The notes under the pieces are model-generated. The model was not told where the DNA came from, did not search any database, and worked only from the letters and a program-made list of their open reading frames with translations. Both the position numbers and the translations under genes were made by a program. Shown piece after piece: positions 16,033 through 25,572 of a stretch of 60,937 nt of DNA. The DNA is from Candidatus Dormiibacterota bacterium (lineage in GTDB: Bacteria; Chloroflexota; Dormibacteria; CF-121): contig DATBYO010000124.1 in NCBI GenBank assembly GCA_036513655.1, positions 1-60,937 on the forward strand. Reading direction: 5' to 3'. Each line of letters starts with the position of its first letter. Position 1 is the first letter of the stretch.

Positions 16033-18459
16033 GTGGAGCGTCGCATCACACTACCGGCGGCGCCGCTGACCATAAAACCGTCCAGCCTCCTCTCCGTCGA
16101 CGAGGTGGCGGCCGCCATCCACCGGCACCCCGAAGTCGTGCGACGGCAGGCGCGCGACGGCCGGCTGCCAGGAGAGAAGATCGGCCGGGTCTGGTTCTTT
16201 CGCCCGGAGCGGTTGGCCGAAGCCGGCTTCAGCCAGTTCCTTTCGCAGGTGGCCCGCGACAATACGGACGCCCCACCCGGCGAGCCGCAGGCGACGCCCC
16301 TGGTCAGGGTGCTCGGCGAGGCCGGCCTCCAGGCCCTCCAGCACCTGGATCGGTCCGCGATTTTCGAGGCGGTGGGGAGCCGGCTCGGGGAGGCCGGGCT
16401 GTCGACCTACCTTTTCGATCGAACGCCGGATGGGAAGGGGCTGACGGTCGCCTTCCGGCACGCGCTACACGCAGCGATCGAGATCTCGAAGCTCACCGGC
16501 CGCGAGGAGGTGGGCAACTTCATCCCCTTTGAGCGCATCCCCATCCTGCGCGAGGTGTGCTCCACCCTCCGGCCGCACTACGTCGGCAACCACGACGAGC
16601 TGGTCGGACGGGTCGCGATCGCGCTCACGCCGGAGGCCGCGGGCAACGCGCGGCGGGTGAGCGAGCTGCTGGAGCTGCACACCCTGATTTCGGCACCGCT
16701 GGTCGTCGGCGAGCGGGCCATCGGCGCCATCACCGTGATGGGCCCCGGACTGCGCGAGTCCGACCTGCCCGCCGTGATGGCGTTCGCCAACCAGACCGCG
16801 GCGGCGCTGGAAACGTCGCGGCTGCTCGAGGAGTCGCGGCAGACGGAAGAAGCGATGGTCCTGACGCTGGCCGGCGCCATCGAGCTGCGCGAGGCGCTCC
16901 ACAGCCGCGGCTACGAGCATGCCGAGCTCGCCGAGCGCTTCGCCGAACATCTCGGCTACGATCCGGGGCGGCGCCGGCGGGTGCGGTACGCGGCACTGCT
17001 GCAGGACCTGGGCAAGCTCACGCTCCCCGACACGATCTTGAAGAACCGCGGCCGGCTGGATTCGGAAGAGCGGGCCTTGATGATGACCCACCCGGTCGTC
17101 GCGGCGGATCTGCTGGGTCGCTTCAAGCCGCTTGCCGACCTGGCGCCGCTGGTCCGGTCCCACCACGAGTGGTTCAACGGCGAGGGGTATCCCGACGGCC
17201 TAAAGGCAGAGGCGATTCCGATCGAGACGCGGATCGTGTCCGTGATCAACGCATTCTTCAATGTCACCTTCGACCTGCCGGTCAAGACGCCAACGACCGT
17301 TGCCGAGGGCTTGCAGGAGCTGACGCGGTTCGCCGGCATCAACCTCGATCCGGGTTTGACCGAGGCCTTCGTGCTCATGTGCCGCCAAGCCGAGGCGGCC
17401 CGGAGCCCATGGTTCCAAACGCTGATCGAGGCGATGTTTGCCTCGCAGTCGAGTACCCGCCCGACTGCACCACGCGACATCCTCTCGGTGGCGGACTCGC
17501 GCGAGCTCCGCATCATCTATCGGATCGCACAGGAGACCACTGCCGTGCTCGACCTGGATACCCTGCTGACCCGCATCGTCACCATCATCCGTGAGGTGAT
17601 GGGGTACTACATGGTGTCGATCCTCTTGCCGGCGAACCAGGCGACCGAGTTGAGAGTCGGAGCTCATAGCGGCTACGCGGTCGACATCACCGGGCTCACC
17701 ATCCCGATCGCCCAGGGGATCACCGGCTGGGTGTATACGCACGGCGTTCCGCAAATCATCCCTGCGGTCCAGGCCGATCCACGATACATCGGGCTCGACG
17801 ATCAGGTTCACTCCGAGCTGGCGTTTCCGCTGATGAGCCGGGGCCGTGTGGTTGGCGTGCTCAATGCCGAGAGCCAGCAGGCCGATGCCTTCTCGGAGGC
17901 CGACGTCGCGCTCATGTCAGCGGTCGGATCCCAGCTGGCATCCTGCCTGGAGGTCGCGCAGCTGCACGACACGCTCAAGCGCGAGGCAAGCCATGATCCG
18001 CTGACCCGCCTCAACAACCGCCGGCATTTCCTCGAGCGGATCGAGCTGCAGATCATGCAGGCCACCAGCACCGGTGAGAGCTTCTCTCTCGTCTTCCTCG
18101 ACGTGGACGATCTGAAACGGATCAACGACACCTATGGGCACCTCGCGGGCGACGCACTGCTTCGCGAAGTGTCCAACGCGTTGATGGACGCGGTCCGTGG
18201 AGAGGATGTGGTCGCCCGCTACGGCGGTGACGAGTTCGTTGTCCTGCTGCCGACTACGGCGGCGGCGGCCGCGGCCAGTGTGGCGCAGCGCATCTCGGAT
18301 GGGATCGCGCGTCATCGCTTCATGGCCGGGCGCGAGCTGCTGCAGATCCCTGGGGTCAGCTTCGGCCTGGCGACCTTCCCGAAGGACGGCGCGACGGCGG
18401 AGGAACTCCTGGCGTCGGCGGACGCCACCCTGTACCAACACAAGCGCCGGGCAAGCTAG
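16033..18459 (+). CDS. HTH_17-like / GAF-like / degenerate HD-GYP / GAF / GGDEF multidomain protein
   Basis: N-terminal LLSVDEVAAAI..RDGRLPGEKIGRVWFF HTH; LLQDLGK (QD instead of HD, 17002-17007); HHEWFNGEGYP (17161-17193); VINAFFN; a second GAF (GITGWVY..AFPLMS); RGED-N5-GGDEF (18223-18237). Confidence 0.8.
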   Translation: MERRITLPAAPLTIKPSSLLSVDEVAAAIHRHPEVVRRQARDGRLPGEKIGRVWFFRPERLAEAGFSQFLSQVARDNTDAPPGEPQATPLVRVLGEAGLQALQHLDRSAIFEAVGSRLGEAGLSTYLFDRTPDGKGLTVAFRHALHAAIEISKLTGREEVGNFIPFERIPILREVCSTLRPHYVGNHDELVGRVAIALTPEAAGNARRVSELLELHTLISAPLVVGERAIGAITVMGPGLRESDLPAVMAFANQTAAALETSRLLEESRQTEEAMVLTLAGAIELREALHSRGYEHAELAERFAEHLGYDPGRRRRVRYAALLQDLGKLTLPDTILKNRGRLDSEERALMMTHPVVAADLLGRFKPLADLAPLVRSHHEWFNGEGYPDGLKAEAIPIETRIVSVINAFFNVTFDLPVKTPTTVAEGLQELTRFAGINLDPGLTEAFVLMCRQAEAARSPWFQTLIEAMFASQSSTRPTAPRDILSVADSRELRIIYRIAQETTAVLDLDTLLTRIVTIIREVMGYYMVSILLPANQATELRVGAHSGYAVDITGLTIPIAQGITGWVYTHGVPQIIPAVQADPRYIGLDDQVHSELAFPLMSRGRVVGVLNAESQQADAFSEADVALMSAVGSQLASCLEVAQLHDTLKREASHDPLTRLNNRRHFLERIELQIMQATSTGESFSLVFLDVDDLKRINDTYGHLAGDALLREVSNALMDAVRGEDVVARYGGDEFVVLLPTTAAAAAASVAQRISDGIARHRFMAGRELLQIPGVSFGLATFPKDGATAEELLASADATLYQHKRRAS

Positions 18460-18626
18460 CAGCGCAGGGCGCACGGCGCATTAGCAGTTAGCGAGGCCGC
18501 AGGCCGAGCCGCGCTTTCGCGCGTAAAGCGGCGGCGCCGTATGCCGCTCGCGCGAGCCCACGAGGACACGTTCTTAAGTCCGAGTGCGCCGCGAGAGGCT
18601 GGACGGCGCACCGGCGCGTGAAAGTT

Positions 18627-19670
18627 CTAGCCGAAGACCTGCTGGAGATCGTACAGCTCGCGCGGCACCCGGCGGGTTTCCGCAATCACATCGCGCAGCG
18701 GCACCACCGCGACCTGCCCGTCCCGCCGGATCGGGATCACCCCTGCCTTCCCATCGGCCAGCAAGTCGGTCGCCGAAACGCCCAGCCGGGTTGCCCAGAT
18801 GCGGTCGATCGGCGACGGCGAACCGCCGCGCTGCAGGTGGCCGAGCACGGTCACCCGCGTCTCGAATCCGGTCGCCTCCTCGATCCGGGTGCTGAGCGAA
18901 TCACCGACGCCTTGTTTGGCCAGCTGCACGTGGCCGAAGGCGTCCCGCTTCTCGGCGGCGGCCGTGGCGGCCATCGCCGGCTGGAGCGCGCGCATCTTCA
19001 CACCCTCGGCCACGACGATGATGCTGAAGTCCTTGCCTTCGCCGCGACGGCGGTGCAGATGCTCGACGACCGCGTCGAGCTCGGCCGGGAATTCCGGGAT
19101 GAGGATCATGTCCGCGCCGCCCGCGAGGCCGCCCACCATCGCGACCCAACCGGTGTCACGGCCCATCACCTCCACCACCATCACCCGATGGTGCGCTGAT
19201 GCGGTGGTGTGCAAGCGATCGAGGGCCTCGACGACCACCCCGACCGCGGTATCGAAGCCGATGCAGAACTCCGTAACCGAGAGGTCGTTGTCGATCGTCT
19301 TCGGGACGCCGACGACCGGATAGCCGGCGTCGCTCATGGCGGCCGCGACCGACAGCGTGTCGTCACCGCCGATCGCCACCAGACCCTGGACACCGCTGCC
19401 CTTCAGCAGGCTGATGACGTTCTCGACGCCGCCTTTCTCCTTGAGGGGATTGGTGCGAGAGGTACCCAGGATCGTGCCGCCAAGGGGAAGGATGCCGCGC
19501 ACGGATGTCGGCGTCAGATCTTCGAGATCGCCTTCGCCGAGCACGCCGGCCCAACCGTTCTTGATGCCGCTGACCTGGAACCCACGCTGGAAGGCGCGGC
19601 GCACCACCCCACGGATGGCGGCGTTGAGGCCAGGCGCGTCGCCACCGCCGGTGAGAACGCCGATTCGCAC
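18627..19670 (-). CDS. 6-phosphofructokinase, with residues typical of PPi-dependent enzymes
   Basis: GGGDAPGLNA, IGGDDT (Asp at the position of E. coli G104), GVPKTIDND (Lys at the position of G124), MGR. Confidence 0.85.
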   Translation of the reverse strand: MRIGVLTGGGDAPGLNAAIRGVVRRAFQRGFQVSGIKNGWAGVLGEGDLEDLTPTSVRGILPLGGTILGTSRTNPLKEKGGVENVISLLKGSGVQGLVAIGGDDTLSVAAAMSDAGYPVVGVPKTIDNDLSVTEFCIGFDTAVGVVVEALDRLHTTASAHHRVMVVEVMGRDTGWVAMVGGLAGGADMILIPEFPAELDAVVEHLHRRRGEGKDFSIIVVAEGVKMRALQPAMAATAAAEKRDAFGHVQLAKQGVGDSLSTRIEEATGFETRVTVLGHLQRGGSPSPIDRIWATRLGVSATDLLADGKAGVIPIRRDGQVAVVPLRDVIAETRRVPRELYDLQQVFG

Positions 19671-19690
19671 GACGCCTAGTCTAGCCGGGC

Positions 19691-20302
19691 CTACCTCGAA
19701 TCGCGACCGGCGGAGGTCAAATTGAGGATCAGCATGACCGCACCCACGGCAATGATCAGCGCTCCCACCGCCACGCCGGCGGTGCGGTCGAAATGGTAGC
19801 CGCCGATGCCGATGACACCTTCGAAGAACGCGGCGCCGGCGAGGAACACCACGAGTCCGATGCCCGCCAGGCGTGTGCCAGTCCGCACATTGCCAGGGCG
19901 ACTCGCCCTGAGCCCATAGAGGATCATGCCGGCGCCGATCGCGCCCGGAAAGACGAGCGCCCAGGCGTAGGCCCAGCTCTCGAAATGGTCGGTACTGTTC
20001 TGATAGAGCAGGATCAGCCCCGACACGGTGATGATGCTGCCCAGGATGGCGAGGCCCTCGCTGACGGCACCCCTCGCGGTCAGCGCGAGGAAGAGGATCA
20101 CCACACCGGGGGCGATCACGAAGAAGGGCCAGCCATAGTGCCCGATGTCGATCCGCACGAACTGACCGGCCAGCAGGATGGCTCCGATGACGACCAGCAG
20201 CCCGCCGAGAACCATCGATTGCCGGCGTGGCTGGTACGGCGTCGGTCTAGGGCGGGGTTCCGGGACGGCGGCGGGAACGCTTGGCGGCGGTCCGTCGGCC
20301 AT
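19691..20302 (-). CDS. Integral membrane protein, unknown function
   Basis: Five to six hydrophobic helices after a Pro-rich N-terminus. Start is either 20302 (56-nt overlap with the nth tail) or the internal ATG 20215. Confidence 0.55.
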   Translation of the reverse strand: MADGPPPSVPAAVPEPRPRPTPYQPRRQSMVLGGLLVVIGAILLAGQFVRIDIGHYGWPFFVIAPGVVILFLALTARGAVSEGLAILGSIITVSGLILLYQNSTDHFESWAYAWALVFPGAIGAGMILYGLRASRPGNVRTGTRLAGIGLVVFLAGAAFFEGVIGIGGYHFDRTAGVAVGALIIAVGAVMLILNLTSAGRDSR

Positions 20303-21014
20303 GCGCCAACCTTACCCCCGCACGTGTCGCTGTCGCTGTGCTGGCTGGCCGCCGCCCCTTCGCTCGGGTGGTCGACGAGGGGCAGAAGTCGTTCAACACA
20401 CACTCCGGGCAGCGAGGCGCCCGGGCGAGGCAAATCCGACGTCCGTGCAGGATCAGGCGCAGGCTGAAGCCGGTCCACTCCTCGGGCGGCAACATCTTCG
20501 TCACCTCGGCCTCGATCTTCACCGGATCGGTGCTCTTGGTAAGACCCAGGCGCCGCGTCAGTCGCTTGACGTGCGTGTCGACGGCAAACCCGGGGATGCC
20601 GAAGGCGACGCCGAGCACGACATTGGCGGTCTTGCGACCGACGCCCGGCAGGGTGACGAGATCTTCGATCCGGGGTGGTACCTCGCCGCCGAATCGCTCG
20701 AGAAGGGCGGCACTGGCCCCGATGATGGTTTTGGCCTTCACGTGGAAGAACCCGGTCGGCTTGATGATCGCCTCGACCTCCCGGGGATCCGCATGGGCGA
20801 GCGCGGCCGCATCTGGATATCTGGCAAACAGCTTCGGTGTCACCGCGTTGACGGACCGATCCGTCGTCTGGGCCGAGAGGATCGTCGCAATCAACATCTG
20901 GAACGGGTTCCCGTGCTCGAGTTCGGAGACCGCCGGGTACAGCGCCTTGAGTCGCTCCGCAGCCAGGCGCGCGCGATCCTTCGCGGTCATCCGTACCTTT
21001 GGCAGCTCGGCCAC
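20247..21014 (-). CDS. nth: Endonuclease III
   Basis: HhH-GPD (LPGVGRKTANVVL), catalytic DTHV, 4Fe-4S loop CLARAPRCPECVLNDFC, and a basic C-terminal tail. Confidence 0.85.
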   Translation of the reverse strand: MAELPKVRMTAKDRARLAAERLKALYPAVSELEHGNPFQMLIATILSAQTTDRSVNAVTPKLFARYPDAAALAHADPREVEAIIKPTGFFHVKAKTIIGASAALLERFGGEVPPRIEDLVTLPGVGRKTANVVLGVAFGIPGFAVDTHVKRLTRRLGLTKSTDPVKIEAEVTKMLPPEEWTGFSLRLILHGRRICLARAPRCPECVLNDFCPSSTTRAKGRRPASTATATRAGVRLAHGRRTAAKRSRRRPGTPP

Positions 21015-21135
21015 AGGTCAAGACTAGCCGTAACAGCTCAGTGACGAGGTGGGCTAGGGTGGCGCGCAAAGTTGATCTTGGCGAGCCGTTACTCGCGATG
21101 TGGGCGCGCCCTCAGCCGACGCCGGTCGGTCCTCG

Positions 21136-23811
21136 ATGCACAGCCTGCGCTGGTACATCAGCGTTGGCTTCCTGATGGTCGGGGTTGGCCCCTTGATCTT
21201 CTTCGGCGCGCAGCGAATCTCGGCGCTGTTTACGACCCAGAACAGCACCATCCAGCAAAAGCACGAACCGATGGCGGAGAGCCTGGCGCAGGGGGTTTAC
21301 GGCTACCTGCTGGATCAGACCTCAGCCTTGCAGAGCACGGCGTCCCAGATCGAGTCCGACAACGATTCCGGCATCCCCAAGCTCAACACCTCGACCTTCA
21401 ATCCAGCCCACATGAACCAGGAGCTGGCCGCCGCCCACTCCGCCCAACCGGCCCTCCTCCAGCTCTACGTCGGCAACCTGGCGGGACGGGCGATCGCCGC
21501 CGCACCCCCCGCCGGTGTGGGCGTCGACTACAGCGACTGGAACTACGTCAAGGACGTGCTCAACCCGCGCCGGATCGGGCCCAAGTACTCCGACGTGGTG
21601 CGGTCAAGTGGCGATGCCAGCGTGGCCGCCGTCGTCATCGCCGTGCCCATCCTGGACACGGGTCGCAACCTGGTGGGCTTTCTCGCCGGCACCGTGAACC
21701 TCTCCGAGGTGCAGCGGCTGTCCAACTACAGCCGGATCGGGGTCAACGGCCAGGCGGTCGTGGTCGACCGTCGCGGTCGCGTGATCGCGCATCCGCGTGA
21801 CGACTGGCGGACCGCAGCCAAGGATCTCTCCTCATCGGCGATCTTCCAGCAGTCGCTCGGGCAGGAGACCGGCGTGAGCTGGTACACGGACCCCGACGGG
21901 AACGTCCCCCGGGCCGCCGGCTTCGCCACGGTCCCGGTGGTCGGCTGGAAGGTTTGGGTCTCGCAGCCGGTCGCCGAGCTGCGATCGGAGCTGACCCCCT
22001 TGATCCTGAGCACGGTCGAGTGGCTGCTGGTGGCCATCGTGCTGGCGCTGGTGCTGGGCTTCCTCGCCGCCGCCTGGATCACCCGGCCGGTCGACGAGCT
22101 GAACCGGGCGGCCAGCCGGATCGCCCAGGGCGACTTCGTGACCCCGCTCAAGGTGCCGGAACGTTTCGCGGCCAAGGAACTGCGAGCGCTAGCCCGCACC
22201 TTCAACCAGATGGCGCACCAGCTCAGCGGTGCCTACCAGACCCTGGAAGAGAAGGTGTCGCAGCGGACCTCGGAGCTGCAGGCGGCCAACCAGGAGCTCG
22301 CCCGAGCCAACAAACTGAAATCGGAGTTCCTGGCTAACGTGTCGCACGAGCTGCGGACCCCGCTGTCGGCGATCATCGGCTTCTCCCAGATCCTGCTCGA
22401 TGGCATCGACGGGCCGGTCACCGAGGAACAGGAGCAGGACATCTCGCAGGTCAACAAGAGCGGCCAGTCCCTGCTCGCCCTGATCAACCAGATCCTCGAC
22501 CTCAGCAAGATCGAGGCCGGCAAGATGGAGCTGTCGCTCGAGCGGGTCGACCTGCCCAACCTGATCGGCTCGGTGCTCGACAGCATCAGCCCGCTGGCCC
22601 AGGAGAAGGGGCTGCAAATCGACACCCGGTTCGCGCTCGGGCTCCCCGCGGTCGAGGCCGATCCTGGGCGCCTCAAGCAGATTGTCATCAATCTGCTGTC
22701 CAACGCCGTCAAGTTCACCGAGCGCGGCCACATCGAGATCGTGGCCCAGCCGTCGGGCCGGATGGTGCGGATCGCGGTCAAAGACACCGGCATCGGCATC
22801 TCGGACGAGGCGCAGAAAGTCATCTTCGAAGAGTTCGTCCAGGGGGACGGAAGCAGTACCCGCCGGCACGGCGGCACCGGCCTCGGCCTCAGTATCGTGC
22901 GCAAGCTGGTGGAGATGCACGGTGGGGCCATCGCGGTCGTGAGCGAGCCCGGCGTGGGCAGCACGTTCACCTTTACCGTGCCGGCCTGGGCCTCCGGTCA
23001 AGCCGCGCTTGGCCCGGCTCAACGACGGCCGCTCCGCCGCCCCAATCAAGGTCTGCCGGGGGCCGCGATCCTGGTGGTCGACGACGACCCGAGCGTCCGG
23101 CAACTGATTGCTCGCCATCTCGAGCAGGAAGGCTGGAAGACGGTGCAAGCCTCGAACGCCGCCGACGCCTTGCAGCTCGCGCGCGAGGTCCGGCCGATGT
23201 TGATCACGCTCGACATCATGATGCCGGACGCCTCCGGGTGGTGGGTGCTGGAAAAATTGAAGGAAGACCCGCAAACCGCGGGAATCCCGGTGCTGGTGGT
23301 GACGATCGTCGAGGACCAGCGGCTGGTGTTCGCGCTGGGCGCCTCGGACTACCTCGGCAAGCCGTACGAGCGTGGTGCCCTGATCGCCAAGATCCACCGG
23401 CTCTTGCCCACGCTCGAGGGCAAGCGCGTCCTGGTCGTCGACGACGATCCTGAGGCGCGGACGATGCTCGGCAAGATCCTCAAAGAAGAGCGGGCCGAGG
23501 TGGTGGGCGCGGCCAGCGGGGATGAGGCGATGGCCATGATCGCGCAATCACCACCCGACCTCGTGCTGCTCGACCTGATGATGCCCGGGATGAGCGGCTT
23601 CGAGATGGTCGCGCGTTTGCGCGCCCAACCGGCGGTCGCCGGCATCCCGGTAATGATCGTCAGCGCCAAGGAGCTGACGGCGGAGGACGTGCTGACGCTG
23701 AATGGTCATATCCAGCGATTCGTCGCGAAGGGGTCGATCGAACCGGAGGGCTTGACCAACGCGGTTCGCCAGATGCTCGGTGACAATAAAACGCAAGGAG
23801 CCGCCGCATGA
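21136..23811 (+). CDS. Hybrid sensor histidine kinase (periplasmic Cache-like sensor, HAMP, HisKA, HATPase, two REC domains)
   Basis: H-box SHELRTPLSAIIGF, NAVKFT, DTGIGI, GGTGLGLSI; two receivers (ILVVDDDPS..TLDIMMP; VLVVDDDPE..LLDLMMP). ATG 21136 preferred over GTG 21100. Confidence 0.85.
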   Translation: MHSLRWYISVGFLMVGVGPLIFFGAQRISALFTTQNSTIQQKHEPMAESLAQGVYGYLLDQTSALQSTASQIESDNDSGIPKLNTSTFNPAHMNQELAAAHSAQPALLQLYVGNLAGRAIAAAPPAGVGVDYSDWNYVKDVLNPRRIGPKYSDVVRSSGDASVAAVVIAVPILDTGRNLVGFLAGTVNLSEVQRLSNYSRIGVNGQAVVVDRRGRVIAHPRDDWRTAAKDLSSSAIFQQSLGQETGVSWYTDPDGNVPRAAGFATVPVVGWKVWVSQPVAELRSELTPLILSTVEWLLVAIVLALVLGFLAAAWITRPVDELNRAASRIAQGDFVTPLKVPERFAAKELRALARTFNQMAHQLSGAYQTLEEKVSQRTSELQAANQELARANKLKSEFLANVSHELRTPLSAIIGFSQILLDGIDGPVTEEQEQDISQVNKSGQSLLALINQILDLSKIEAGKMELSLERVDLPNLIGSVLDSISPLAQEKGLQIDTRFALGLPAVEADPGRLKQIVINLLSNAVKFTERGHIEIVAQPSGRMVRIAVKDTGIGISDEAQKVIFEEFVQGDGSSTRRHGGTGLGLSIVRKLVEMHGGAIAVVSEPGVGSTFTFTVPAWASGQAALGPAQRRPLRRPNQGLPGAAILVVDDDPSVRQLIARHLEQEGWKTVQASNAADALQLAREVRPMLITLDIMMPDASGWWVLEKLKEDPQTAGIPVLVVTIVEDQRLVFALGASDYLGKPYERGALIAKIHRLLPTLEGKRVLVVDDDPEARTMLGKILKEERAEVVGAASGDEAMAMIAQSPPDLVLLDLMMPGMSGFEMVARLRAQPAVAGIPVMIVSAKELTAEDVLTLNGHIQRFVAKGSIEPEGLTNAVRQMLGDNKTQGAAA

Positions 23812-24200
23812 ATCAACTGATCCTCGTGGTCGAAGACGACGCGACAATGCAAAAGATGGCGCTCAAAATCCTGCGATCGCGCGGCTTCAGCTGCGAGCTC
23901 GCGCGCAACGGCCGGGAGGCGGTAACGATGGCCGCCACACTGAAGCCCGGCTTGATCCTGATGGATCTTTCGCTGCCGGAGATGAACGGCTGGGAGGCGA
24001 CCCGGGCGCTCAAGGCGGACCCAGCGCTCGCCCAGATTCCGGTGGTGGCCATCACGGCTCATGCCATGGTGGGCGACCGGGAGACCGCCATCGCGGCCGG
24101 CTGCACCGAATGCCTGACGAAGCCTTACGAGCTGGACGAATTGATCGCGCTGGTCGAGCGCTACATCGGTCCCGCCCAGGCGCAGGCCAAGATCGCCTGA
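23808..24200 (+). CDS. Single-domain CheY-like response regulator
   Basis: LILVVEDD, ILMDLSLPEMNG, TKP; ATGA overlap with the hybrid kinase. Confidence 0.85.
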   Translation: MNQLILVVEDDATMQKMALKILRSRGFSCELARNGREAVTMAATLKPGLILMDLSLPEMNGWEATRALKADPALAQIPVVAITAHAMVGDRETAIAAGCTECLTKPYELDELIALVERYIGPAQAQAKIA

Positions 24201-24288
24201 TTCGCGCCGTCACTCTCCGTGTCTGACCGGTGGGTGACGATCGTGTAAACGGCGCAAACCTTGGCGCCGCGGACGCGTTGCGCGACCC

Positions 24289-24984
24289 ATGGCCGATCTT
24301 CTGCGGCGCTGGCGCGCCCCCCTCCTGGGCGGCATCGCCGTCTTCGTCCTCAGCTTTCCGCTCCTCATGTTGCACCCGGCTTCGATCACGCCGGTGGCAG
24401 CCGCGTATGGCGTCAAGCCGGCCGACGTCGAGGCCGGTGACCGCCTCGTATTCGCGCAGCGGGCTCGGGAACAACAGGCGGCCATGGCCGCCGAGCAGCT
24501 GCTGGCCGCGGCCGCCACCCCCATGCCGCTGGTCTCGGCGCCGCTTGCCAACGCGGTTCACCAGGCGGCGGCACCGCCTCGCTCCGCACCGGCACCCGCC
24601 CCGGCGGTCGTTCGGGCGAACAGCATTGTCATTCCGCGGCTCGGTCTCAACCAACCGGTCGGCTGGTACAGCGATTGCCTGGGGCGGGCTCCAGTACCCC
24701 GGTGGGGCACCTGGCGCTGGAGCTGCGCCGGCGCGAACAACATCTACATCATGGCGCACAACCCCGGGATCTTCACCCCGATCCTCGGTCTCCGCGCCGG
24801 CGATCTCGTTCGCTACGCGGATGCCACCGGCCGGGTCCACACCTACCGGGTCAGCTCGACGACAATCGTGAGCAACACGCAGATGTGGCCGCTGGGCGCC
24901 ACCTCGTCCTCGACACTGACCCTGCAGACCTGCTGGACCTGGGATGGCAGTCGCGACTTCATCGTCCGCGCGCTCGAGATCTAG
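24289..24984 (+). CDS. Sortase-family transpeptidase
   Basis: N-terminal anchor helix, His in IMAHNPG, the active-site motif LTLQTC (TLxTC), and a downstream Arg (FIVRA). Confidence 0.7.
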   Translation: MADLLRRWRAPLLGGIAVFVLSFPLLMLHPASITPVAAAYGVKPADVEAGDRLVFAQRAREQQAAMAAEQLLAAAATPMPLVSAPLANAVHQAAAPPRSAPAPAPAVVRANSIVIPRLGLNQPVGWYSDCLGRAPVPRWGTWRWSCAGANNIYIMAHNPGIFTPILGLRAGDLVRYADATGRVHTYRVSSTTIVSNTQMWPLGATSSSTLTLQTCWTWDGSRDFIVRALEI

Positions 24985-24991
24985 ACGAGCT

Positions 24992-25555
24992 TTAGACGGC
25001 GGCGCGTGCCTCGACCCGGCCGCTATTGGGATCGAAGTACAGCCGTGGACGGACGTTCGGATCACGTCCAAAGTAGACGAGCTCCCAGGCCGCCTCGCCC
25101 AAGCCTTGCTGGCTGTGAATGTCGCCCGGAGCGTCGGGAAACCAGGCGACGTCTCCGGGGCCAAGCTCGCGAGTCTCGATGATTCGGAGCGTTGCCTGCT
25201 CCGGGCGAGACCCATCGTCCTGCCGGGCCCAGAGGATGTGCCGGTCGCGGCCGCGAATCACGCAGATGACACCCCAGGAGTTGTGGTTGTGGACCGGCGT
25301 CGGCGCCTCAGCCGAGAAGCGCCCTAGCATCAGCGTCGATCCCTTCGGCCCATGTCCGAGGATGGTCGCCTGCGCGCTGGCCTGGTGTAACGCGTCCAGC
25401 CTGGATTGATCGATCAGATTTCGATCAGTGGCCAGCGTCCGAAGGTGATCTCCAATCCGCGCGAAGGCTGTCGGGCCTGGGCCTTGATCCGCCACCAGCG
25501 TCTCCGCGCTGGCGAAGAACCGCTCCAAGCCAGACGCTGGCTCCATGGAGCCCAT
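24992..25555 (-). CDS. Cupin-fold protein, cysteine dioxygenase type I-like
   Basis: The C-terminal 187 aa of ORF 24992-26152, starting at ATG 25555 or 25546. Metal-binding pattern VHNHNSW..G..IHS. The upstream part of the track ORF is Arg-rich junk that crosses the repeat element. Confidence 0.55.
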   Translation of the reverse strand: MGSMEPASGLERFFASAETLVADQGPGPTAFARIGDHLRTLATDRNLIDQSRLDALHQASAQATILGHGPKGSTLMLGRFSAEAPTPVHNHNSWGVICVIRGRDRHILWARQDDGSRPEQATLRIIETRELGPGDVAWFPDAPGDIHSQQGLGEAAWELVYFGRDPNVRPRLYFDPNSGRVEARAAV

Positions 25556-25572
25556 TATCGAGCAGGCCTGTT

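Noticed and set aside
15963-16262. 100-aa N-terminal extension of the REC-HD-GYP ORF
   Set aside because: It overlaps the divergent 16033 gene. The receiver domain begins right after ATG 15962.
18460-18626. Possible small RNA or bidirectional terminator between the GGDEF gene and pfk
   Set aside because: I see only an imperfect GC-rich hairpin (about 18511-18538) without a U-tract on either strand, which is not enough to call.
20116-21069. ORFs 20116-21069 (-), 20178-21044 (+) and 20281-21027 (+)
   Set aside because: They are alternative frames over nth, which has clear HhH-GPD and Fe-S motifs in the 20247-21014 frame.
22189-23547. 452-aa minus-strand ORF
   Set aside because: It is antisense to the hybrid histidine kinase.
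24052-25215. 387-aa minus-strand ORF
   Set aside because: It spans the antisense of three separate well-supported genes (REC, sortase, cupin end) and has an Arg/Pro/Gly-rich composition.
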